The notes under the pieces: generated by a model
Databases searched by the model: none
Told to the model about the DNA's origin: nothing
The model's input: the letters and a program-made list of their open reading frames with translations, nothing else
In this document: piece after piece, positions 25,551 to 36,443 of the stretch
How positions within the stretch are numbered: the stretch's first letter is position 1
Layout of the letters: the number at the start of each line of letters is the position of its first letter
Position numbers and translations under genes: made by a program
Origin: Antedon mediterranea
Taxonomy: Eukaryota; Animalia; Echinodermata
Direction of reading: 5' to 3'
Length of the DNA: 64,000 nt
NCBI RefSeq assembly: GCF_964355755.1
Contig: NW_027306095.1
Span: forward strand, 1-64,000

Positions 25551-28500
25551 GTTTTTGTGTGAAAAGTTTCATCGAAATGCACAAAATGGTCTAAAACGTC
25601 TGCAAATGCGATTTGAAGCTATTTTGTGCACTTTGTCGTTTTTGTGTGAAAAGTTTTTTCGAAATGCACAAAATGGTCTAAAACGTCTCCAATTGCGATT
25701 TGAAGTTATTTTGTGCACTTTGATGTTTTGTGTGAAAAGTTTTATCGAAATGCTCAAAATGGTCTAAAACGGTTTCAAATGTGATTTTAAGCACTTTGAT
25801 ATTTTTGTGTAATCAAGTTTCATCGAAATGCACAAAATGGTCTAAAACGTCTGCAAATGCGATTTAAAGCTATTTTGTGCACTTTAATGTTTTGTGTGAA
25901 AAGTTTTATCGAATTTCTCAAAATGGTCTAAAACGGTTTCAAATGTGATTTTAAGCACTTTGATGTTTTTGTGTAATCAAGTTTCATCAAATGCACTAAA
26001 TGGTTTAAAACGTCTGCAAACGCGATTTGAAGCTATTTTGTGCACTTTGATGTTTTTGTGTGAAAAGTTTCATCGAAATGCACAAAATTGTCTAAAACGT
26101 CTCCAAGTACGATATTAAGCTATTGTATGCACTTTGATGTTTTTGAGTGAAAAGTTTTTTCGAAATCCACAAAAGGGTCTAAAACGTCTCCAAATGCGAT
26201 TTGGAGCTCTTTTGTGCACTTTGATGTTTTGTGTAAAAAGTTTGCTATTTTGTGCACTTTAATGTTTTGTGTGAAAAGTTTTATCGAAATGCTCAAAATT
26301 GTCTAAAACGGTTTCAAATGTGATTTTAAGCACTTTGATATTTTTGTGTAATCAAGTTTTTTCGAAATGCACAACATGGTCTAAAACGTCTCCAAATGCG
26401 ATTTGAAGCTATTTTGTGCACTTTGATGTTTTTGTGTGAAAAGTTTCATCGAAATGCACAAAATGGTCTAAAACGTCTCTAAATGCGATTTGAAGCTATT
26501 TTGTGAACTTTGATGTTTTTGTGTGAAAAGTTTCATCGAAATGCACAAAATGGTCTAAAACGTCTCTAAATGCGATTTGAAGCTATTTTGTGCACTTTGT
26601 CGTTTTTGTGTGAAAAGTTTCATCGAAATGCTCAAAATGGTCTAAAACGTCTCCAAATGCGATTTGAAGCTATTTTGTGCAATTTGATGTTTTTTTGTGA
26701 AAAGTTTCATCGAAATGCACAAAATGATCTAAAACTTCTCTAAATGCGATTTGAAGCTATTTTGTGCACTTTGATGTTTTTGTGTGAAAAGTTTCATCGA
26801 AATGCACAAAATGGTCTAAAACGTCTCTAAATGCGATTTGAAGCTATTTTGTGCACTTTGATGTTTTTTTGTGAAAAGTTTCATCGAAATGCACAAAATG
26901 GTCTAAAACGTCTCTAAATGCGATTTGAAGCTATTTTGTGCACTTTGTCGTTTTTGTGTGAAAAGTTTCATCGAAATGCTCAAAATGGTCTAAAACGTCT
27001 CCAAATGCGATTTGAAGCAATTTTGTGCAATTTGATGTTTTTGTGTGAAAAGTTTCATCGAAATGCACAAAATGGTCTAAAACGTCTCCAAATGCGATTT
27101 GAAGCTATTTTGTGCACTTTGATGTTTTTTTGTGAAAAGTTTCATCGAAATGCACAAAATTGTCTAAAACGTCTCTAAATCCGATTTGAAGCTATTTTGT
27201 GCACTTTGTCGTTTTTGTGTGAAAAGTTTCATCGAAATGCACAAAATGGTCTAAAACGTCTGCAAATGCGATTTGAAGCTATTTTGTGCACTTTGTCGTT
27301 TTTGTGTGAAAAGTTTTTTCGAAATGCACAAAATGGTCTAAAACGTCTCCAATTGCGATTTGAAGTTATTTTGTGCACTTTGATGTTTTGTGTGAAAAGT
27401 TTTATCGAAATGCTCAAAATGGTCTAAAACGGTTTCAAATGTGATTTTAAGCACTTTGATATTTTTGTGTAATCAAGTTTCATCGAAATGCACAAAATGG
27501 TCTAAAACGTCTGCAAATGCGATTTAAAGCTATTTTGTGCACTTTAATGTTTTGTGTGAAAAGTTTTATCGAAATTCTCAAAATGGTCTAAAACGGTTTC
27601 AAATGTGATTTTAAGCACTTTGATGTTTTTGTGTAATCAAGTTTCATCAAATGCACTAAATGGTTTAAAACGTCTGCAAACGCGATTTGAAGCTATTTTG
27701 TGCACTTTGATGTTTTTGTGTGAAAAGTTTCATCGAAATGCACAAAATTGTCTAAAACGTCTCCAAGTACGATATTAAGCTATTGTATGCACTTTGATGT
27801 TTTTGAGTGAAAAGTTTTTTCGAAATCCACAAAAGGGTCTAAAACGTCTCCAAATGCGATTTGGAGCTCTTTTGTGCACTTTGATGTTTTGTGTAAAAAG
27901 TTTGCTATTTTGTGCACTTTAATGTTTTGTGTGAAAAGTTTTATCGAAATGCTCAAAATTGTCTAAAACGGTTTCAAATGTGATTTTAAGCACTTTGATA
28001 TTTTTGTGTAATCAAGTTTTTTCGAAATGCACAACATGGTCTAAAACGTCTCCAAATGCGATTTGAAGCTATTTTGTGCACTTTGATGTTTTTGTGTGAA
28101 AAGTTTCATCGAAATGCACAAAATGGTCTAAAACGTCTCTAAATGCGATTTGAAGCTATTTTGTGAACTTTGATGTTTTTGTGTGAAAAGTTTCATCGAA
28201 ATGCACAAAATGGTCTAAAACGTCTCTAAATGCGATTTGAAGCTATTTTGTGCACTTTGTCGTTTTTGTGTGAAAAGTTTCATCGAAATGCTCAAAATGG
28301 TCTAAAACGTCTCCAAATGCGATTTGAAGCTATTTTGTGCAATTTGATGTTTTTTTGTGAAAAGTTTCATCGAAATGCACAAAATGATCTAAAACGTCTC
28401 TAAATGCGATTTGAAGCTATTTTGTGCACTTTGATGTTTTTGTGTGAAAAGTTTCATCGAAATGCACAAAATGGTCTAAAACGTCTCTAAATGCGATTTG

Positions 28501-28900
28501 AAGCTATTTTGTGCACTTTGATGTTTTTTTGTGAAAAGTTTCATCGAAATGCACAAAATGGTCTAAAACGTCTCTAAATGCGATTTGAAGCTATTTTGTG
28601 CACTTTGTCGTTTTTGTGTGAAAAGTTTCATCGAAATGCTCAAAATGGTCTAAAACGTCTCCAAATGCGATTTGAAGCAATTTTGTGCAATTTGATGTTT
28701 TTGTGTGAAAAGTTTCATCGAAATGCACAAAATGGTCTAAAACGTCTCCAAATGCGATTTGAAGCTATTTTGTGCACTTTGATGTTTTTTTGTGAAAAGT
28801 TTCATCGAAATGCACAAAATTGTCTAAAACGTCTCTAAATCCGATTTGAAGCTATTTTGTGCACTTTGTCGTTTTTGTGTGAAAAGTTTCATCGAAATGC
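25551..28900 (+). repeat. Tandem duplication, 1660-bp (19-monomer) unit, 2 copies
   Basis: Variants ccaagtac (~26103/27763), gtgaactt (~26503/28163), tgatct (~26725/28385); ORFs 26918/28578. Confidence 0.92.
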
Positions 28901-30180
28901 TCAAAATGGTCTAAAACGTCTCCAAATGCGATTTGAAGCAATTTTGTGCACTTTGATGTTTTTGTGTGAAAAGTTTCATCGAAATGCACAAAATGGTCTA
29001 AAACGTCTGCAAATGCGATTTGAAGCTATTTTGTGCACTTTGTCGTTTTTGTGTGAAAAGTTTTTTCGAAATGCACAAAATGGTCTAAAACGTCTCCAAT
29101 TGCGATTTGAAGTTATTTTGTGCACTTTGATGTTTTGAGTGAAAAGTTTTATCGAAATGCTCAAAATGGTCTAAAACGGTTTCAAATGTGATTTTAAGCA
29201 CTTTGATATTTTTGTGTAATCAAGTTTCATCGAAATGCACAAAATGGTCTAAAACGTCTGCAAATGCGATTTAAAGCTATTTTGTGCACTTTAATGTTTT
29301 GTGTGAAAAGTTTTATCGAAATTCTCAAAATGGTCTAAAACGGTTTCAAATGTGATTTTAAGCACTTTGATGTTTTTGTGTAATCAAGTTTCATCGAAAT
29401 GCACAAAATGGTTTAAAACGTCTGCAAATGCGATTTGAAGCTATTTTGTGCACTTTGATGTTTTTGTGTGAAAAGTTTCATAGAAATGCACAAAATTGTC
29501 TAAAACGTCTCTAAATACGATATTAAGCTATTGTATGCACTTTGATGTTTTTGAGTGAAAAGTTTTTTCGAAATGCACAAAATGGTCTAAAACGTCTCCC
29601 AATGCGATTTGGAGCTCTTTTGTGCACTTTGATGTTTTGTGTAAAAAGTTTGCTATTTTGTGCACTTTAATGTTTTGTGTGAAAAATTTTATCGAAATGC
29701 TCAAAATTGTCTAAAACGGTTTCAAATGTGATTTTAAGCACTTTGATATTTTTGTGTAATCAAGTTTTTTCGAAATGCACAACATGGTCTAAAACGTCTC
29801 CAAATGCGATTTGAAGCTATTTTGTGCACTTTGATGTTTTTGTGTGAAAAGTTTCATCGAAATACACAAAATGGTCTAAAACGTCTCTAAATGCGATTTG
29901 AAGCTATTTTGTACACTTTGATGTTTTTGTGTGTAAAGTTTTATCGAAATTCTCAAAATGGTCTAAAACAGTTTCAAATGTGATTTTAAGCACTTTGATG
30001 TTTTTGTGTAATCAAGTTTCATCGAAATGCACAAAATGGTTTAAAACGTCTGCAAATGCGATTTGAAGCTATTTTGTGCACTTTGATGTTTTTGTGTGAA
30101 AAGTTTCATCGAAATGCACAAAATTGTCTAAAACGTCTCCAAATACGATATTAAGCTATTGTATGCACTTTGATGTTTTT
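28490..30180. repeat. Inverted copy of ~13870-15560
   Basis: Mirror sum 44054: aactgtttta 14081 / taaaacagtt ending 29973; ctatgaaa ~14571 / tttcatag ~29476; ORF starts 15476/28578 and 15197/28857. Confidence 0.87.
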
Positions 30181-31160
30181 GAGTGAAAAGTTTTTTCGAA
30201 ATGCACAAAATGGTCTAAAACGTCTCCCAATGCGATTTGGAGCTCTTTTGTGCACTTTGATGTTTTGTGTAAAAAGTTTGCTATTTTGTGCACTTTAATG
30301 TTTTGTGTGAAAAATTTTATCGAAATGCTCAAAATTGTCTAAAACGGTTTCAAATGTGATTTTAAGCACTTTGATATTTTTGTGTAATCAAGTTTTTTCG
30401 AAATGCACAACATGGTCTAAAACGTCTCCAAATGCGATTTGAAGCTATTTTGTGCACTTTGATGTTTTTGTGTGAAAAGTTTCATCGAAATACACAAAAT
30501 GGTCTAAAACGTCTCTAAATGCGATTTGAAGCTATTTTGTACACTTTGATGTTTTTGTGTGTAAAGTTTTATCTAAATTCTCAAAATGGTCTAAAACAGT
30601 TTCAAATGTGATTTTAAGCACTTTGATGTTTTTGTGTAATCAAGTTTCATCGAAATGCACAAAATGGTTTAAAACGTCTGCAAATGCGATTTGAAGCTAT
30701 TTTGTGCACTTTGATGTTTTTGTGTGAAAAGTTTCATCGAAATGCACAAAATTGTCTAAAACGTCTCCAAATACGATATTAAGCTATTGTATGCATTTTG
30801 ATGTTTTTGAGTGAAAAGTTTTTTCGAAATGCACAAAATGGTCTAAAACGTCTCCCAATGCGATTTGGAGCTCTTTTGTGCACTTTGATGTTTTGTGTAA
30901 AAAGTTTGCTATTTTGTGCACTTATATGTTTTGTGTGAAAAGTTTTATCGAAATGCTCAAAATTGTCTAAAACGGTTTCAAATGTGATTTTAAGTACTTT
31001 GATATTTTTGTGTAATCAAGTTTTTTCGAAATGCACAACATGGTCTAAAACGTCTCCAAATGCGATTTGAAGCTATTTTGTGCACTTTGATGTTTTTGTG
31101 TGAAAAGTTTCATCGAAATACACAAAATGGTCTAAAACGTCTCTAAATGCGATTTGAAGC
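29350..31160 (+). repeat. Tandem amplification, 628-bp (7-monomer) unit, about 3 copies
   Basis: ctcccaatg at about 29596, 30224 and 30852; aatacac at 29861, 30489 and 31117; 4x87+124+2x78=628. Confidence 0.88.
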
Positions 31161-33039
31161 TATTTTGTGCACTTTGATGTTTTTGTGTGAAAAGTTTCAT
31201 CGAAATGCACAAAATGGTCTAAAACGTCTCTAAATGCGATTTGAAGCTATTTTGTGCACTTTGATGTTTTTGTGTGAAAAGTTTCATCGAAATGCACAAA
31301 ATTGTCTAAAACGTCTCCAAATACGATATTAAGCTATTGTATGCACTTTGTTGTTTTTGAGTGAAAAGTTTTTTCGAAATGCACAAAATTGTCTAAAACG
31401 TCCCCAAATGCGATTTGGAGCTCTTTTGTGCACTTTGTTGTTTTGTGTAAAAAGTTTGCTATTTTGTGCACTTTAATGTTTTGTGTGAAAAGTTTTATCG
31501 AAATGCTCAAAATTGTCTAAAACGGTTTCAAATGTGATTTTAAGCACTTTGATATTTTTGTGTAATCAAGTTTTTTCGAAATGCACAACATGGTCTAAAA
31601 CGTCTCCAAATGCGATTTGAAGCTATTTTGTGCACTTTGATGTTTTTGTGTGAAAAGTTTCATCGAAATGCACAAAATGGTCTAAAACGTCTCTAAATGC
31701 GATTTGAAGCTATTTTGTGCACTTTGTCGTTTTTGTGTGAAAAGTTTTTTCGAAATGCACAAAATGGTCTAAAACGTCTCCAATTGCGATTTGAAGTTAT
31801 TTTGTGCACTTTGATGTTTTGTGTGAAAAGTTTTATCGAAATGCTCAAAATGGTCTAAAACGGTTTCAAATGTGATTTTAAGCACTTTGATGTTTTTGTG
31901 TAATCAAGTTTCATCGAAATGCACAAAATGGTTTAAAACGTCTGCAAATGCGATTTGAAGCTATTTTGTGCACTTTGATGTTTTTGTGTGAAAAGTTTAG
32001 TCGAAATGCACAAAATTGTCTAAAACGTCTCTAAATGCGATTTGAAGCTATTTTGTGCACTTTGTCGTTTTTGTGTGAAAAGTTTTTTCGAAATGCACAA
32101 AATGGTCTAAAACGTCTCCAATTGCGATTTGAAGTTATTTTGTGCACTTTGATGTTTTGTGTGAAAAGTTTTATCGAAATGCTCAAAATGGTCTAAAACG
32201 GTTTCAAATGTGATTTTAAGCACTTTGATGTTTTTGTGTAATCAAGTTTCATCGAAATGCACAAAATGGTTTAAAACGTCTGCAAATGCGATTTGAAGCT
32301 ATTTTGTGCACTTTGATGTTTTTGTGTGAAAAGTTTCATCGAAATGCACAAAATTGTCTAAAACGTCTCCAAATACGATATTAAGCTATTATATGCACTT
32401 TGATGTTTTTGAGTGAAAAGTTTTTTCGAAATGCACAAAATGTTCTAAAACGTCTCCAAATGCCATTTGGAGCTCTTTTTTGCACTTTAATTTTTTTTGT
32501 GTAAAAAGTTTGCTATTGTGTGCACTTTTAATGTTTTGTGTGAAAAGTTTTATCGAAATGCTCAAAATTGTCTAAAACGGTTTCAAATGTGATTTTAAGC
32601 ACTTTGATATTTTTGTGTAATCAAGTTTTTTCGAAATGCACAACATGGTCTAAAACGTCTCCAAATGCGATTTGAAGCTATTTTGTGCACTTTGATGTTT
32701 TTGTGTGAAAAGTTTCATCGAATAGCACAAAATGGTCTAAAACGTCTCTAAATGCGATTTGAAGCTATTTTGTGCACTTTGATGTTTTTGTGTGAAAAGT
32801 TTCATCGAAATGCACAAAATGGTCTAAAACGTCTCTAAATGCGATTTGAAGCTATTTTGTGCACTTTGTCGTTTTTGTGTGAAAAGTTTCATCGAAATGC
32901 TCAAAATGGTCTAAAACGTCTCCAAATGCGATTTGAAGCTATTTTGTGCACTTTGATGTTTTTTTCTGAAAAGTTTCATCGAAATGCACAAAATGGTCTA
33001 AAACGTCTCTAAATGCGATTTGAAGCTATTTTGTGCACT

Positions 33040-35926
33040 TTGATGTTTTTGTGTGAAAAGTTTCATCGAAATGTACAAAATGGTCTAAAACGTCTCTAAA
33101 TGCGATTTGAAGCTATTTTGTGCACTTTGATGTTTTTTTGTGAAAAGTTTTATCGAAATTCTCAAAATGGTCTAAAACGGTTTCAAATGTGATTTTAAGC
33201 ACTTTTATGTTTTTGTGTAATCAAGTTTCATCGAAATGCACTAAATGGTTTAAAACGTCTGCAAATGCGATTTGAAGCTATTTTGTGCACTTTGATGTTT
33301 TTGTGTGAAAAGTTTCATCGAAATGCACAAAATTGTCTAAAACGTCTCCAAATACGATATTAAACTATTGTATGCACTTTGATGTTTTTGAGTGAAAAGT
33401 TTTTTCGAAATGCACAAAATGGTCTAAAACGTTTCCAAATGCGATTTGGAGCTCTTTTGTGCACTTTGATGTTTTGTGTAAAAAGTTTGCTATTTTGTGC
33501 ACTTTAATGTTTTGTGTGAAAAGTTTTATCGAAATGCTCAAAATGGTCTAAAACGGTTTCAAATGTGATTTTAAGCACTTTGATATTTTTGTGTAATCAA
33601 GTTTCATCGAAATGCACAAAATGGTCTAAAACGTCTGCAAATGCGATTTAAAGCTATTTTGTGCACTTTGATGTTTTTGTGTGAAAAGTTTCATCGAAAT
33701 GCACAAAATGGTCTAAAACGTCTCTAAATGCGATTTGAAGCTATTTTGTGCACTTTGATGTTTTTGTGTGAAAAGTTTCATCGAAATGCACAAAATGGTC
33801 TAAAACGTCTCTAAATGCGATTTGAAGCTATTTTGTGCACTTTGATGTTTTTGTGTGAAAACTTTCATCGAAATGCTCAAAATGGTCTAAAACGTCTCCA
33901 AATGCGATTTGAAGCTATTTTGTGCACTTTGATGTTTTTTTCTGAAAAGTTTCATCGAAATGCACAAAATGGTCTAAAACGTCTCTAAATGCGATTTGAA
34001 GCTATTTTGTGCACTTTGATGTTTTTGTGTGAAAAGTTTCATCGAAATGCACAAAATGGTCTAAAACGTCTCTAAATGCGATTTGAAGCTATTTTGTGCA
34101 CTTTGATGTTTTTTTGTGAAAAGTTTCATCGAAATGCACAAAATGGTCTAAAACGTCTCTAAATGCGATTTGAAGCTATTTTGTGCACTTTGTCGTTTTT
34201 GTGTGAAAAGTTTCATCGAAATGCTCAAAATGGTCTAAAACGTCCCCAAATGCGATTTGAAGCAATTTTGTGCACTTTGATGTTTTTGTGTGAAAAGTTT
34301 CATCGAAATGCACAAAATGGTCTCAAACGTCTGGAAATGCGAGTTGAAGCTATTTTGTGTACTTTGTCGTTTTTGTGTGAAAAGTATATTCGAAATGCTC
34401 AAAATGGTCTAAAACGTCTCCAAATGCGATTTGAAGCTATTTTGTGATTTTAAGAACTTTGATGTTTTTGTGTGAAAAGTTTCATCGAAATGCACAAAAT
34501 GGTCTAAAACGTCTCTAAATGCGATTTGAAGCTATTTTGTGCACTTTGATGTTTTTTTGTGAAAAGTTTTATCGAAATTCTCAAAATGGTCTAAAACGGT
34601 TTCAAATGTGATTTTAAGCACTTTTATGTTTTTGTGTAATCAAGTTTCATCGAAATGCACTAAATGGTTTAAAACGTCTGCAAATGCGATTTGAAACTAT
34701 TTTGTGCACTTTGATGTTTTTGTGTGAAAAGTTTCATCGAAATGCACAAAATTGTCTAAAACGTCTCCAAATACGATATTAAACTATTGTATGCACTTTG
34801 ATGTTTTTGAGTGAAAAGTTTTTTCGAAATGCACAAAATGGTCTAAAACGTTTCCAAATGCGATTTGGAGCTCTTTTGTGCACTTTGATGTTTTGTGTAA
34901 AAAGTTTGCTATTTTGTGCACTTTAATGTTTTGTGTGAAAAGTTTTATCGAAATGCTCAAAATGGTCTAAAACGGTTTCAAATGTGATTTTAAGCACTTT
35001 GATATTTTTGTGTAATCAAGTTTCATCGAAATGCACAAAATGGTCTAAAACGTCTGCAAATGCGATTTAAAGCTATTTTGTGCACTTTGATGTTTTTGTG
35101 TGAAAAGTTTCATCGAAATGCACAAAATGGTCTAAAACGTCTCTAAATGCGATTTGAAGCTATTTTGTGCACTTTGATGTTTTTGTGTGAAAAGTTTCAT
35201 CGAAATGCACAAAATGGTCTAAAACGTCTCTAAATGCGATTTGAAGCTATTTTGTGCACTTTGATGTTTTTGTGTGAAAACTTTCATCGAAATGCTCAAA
35301 ATGGTCTAAAACGTCTCCAAATGCGATTTGAAGCTATTTTGTGCACTTTGATGTTTTTTTCTGAAAAGTTTCATCGAAATGCACAAAATGGTCTAAAACG
35401 TCTCTAAATGCGATTTGAAGCTATTTTGTGCACTTTGATGTTTTTGTGTGAAAAGTTTCATCGAAATGCACAAAATGGTCTAAAACGTCTCTAAATGCGA
35501 TTTGAAGCTATTTTGTGCACTTTGATGTTTTTTTGTGAAAAGTTTCATCGAAATGCACAAAATGGTCTAAAACGTCTCTAAATGCGATTTGAAGCTATTT
35601 TGTGCACTTTGTCGTTTTTGTGTGAAAAGTTTCATCGAAATGCTCAAAATGGTCTAAAACGTCCCCAAATGCGATTTGAAGCAATTTTGTGCACTTTGAT
35701 GTTTTTGTGTGAAAAGTTTCATCGAAATGCACAAAATGGTCTCAAACGTCTGGAAATGCGAGTTGAAGCTATTTTGTGTACTTTGTCGTTTTTGTGTGAA
35801 AAGTATATTCGAAATGCTCAAAATGGTCTAAAACGTCTCCAAATGCGATTTGAAGCTATTTTGTGATTTTAAGAACTTTGATGTTTTTGTGTGAAAAGTT
35901 TCATCGAAATGCACAAAATGGTCTAA
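33040..35926 (+). repeat. Tandem duplication, 1419-bp (16-monomer) unit, 2 copies
   Basis: Identical variant-rich ORFs at 34163/35582; ctcaaacgtctggaaatgcgagttg at 34322/35741; taaactattg at 33361/34780. Confidence 0.93.
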
Positions 35927-36412
35927 ATGCGATTTGAAGCTATTTTGTGCACTTTGATGTTTTTTTGTGAAAAGTTTCATCGAAATGCACAAAATGGTCT
36001 AAAACGTCTCCAAATACGATATTAAGCTATTGTATGTATGTTGATGTTTTTGTGTGAAAAGTTTTATCGAAATGCTCAAAATGGTCTAAAACGGTTTCAA
36101 ATGTGATTTTAAGCACTTTGATGTTTTTGTGTAATCAAGTTTCATCGAAATGCACAAAATGGTCTAAAACATCTGCAAATGCGATTTTAAGCTATTTTGT
36201 GCACTTTCATGTTTTGTGTGAAAAGTTTTATCGAAATGCTCAAAATGGTCTAAAACGGTTTCAAATGTGATTTTAAGCACTTTGATTTTTTTGTGTAATC
36301 AAGTTTCATCGAAATGCACCAAATTGTCTAAAACGTCTGCAAATGCGATTTGAAGCTATTTTGTGCACTTTGATGTTTTTGTGTGAAAAGTTTCACCAAA
36401 ATGCACAAAATT

Positions 36413-36443
36413 GTCTAAAACGTAATTTGGAGACGTTTTAGAC
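36413..36443. other. Forward-to-reverse inversion junction, 11-bp perfect arms with 9-nt spacer
   Basis: gtctaaaacgt-aatttggag-acgttttagac. Confidence 0.92.

Larger units (their letters stand above)
22198..36423 (+). repeat. Satellite block 5, forward orientation (~14.2 kb)
   Basis: Forward monomers throughout; the MRFEAIL ORFs are on the plus strand. Confidence 0.97.
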
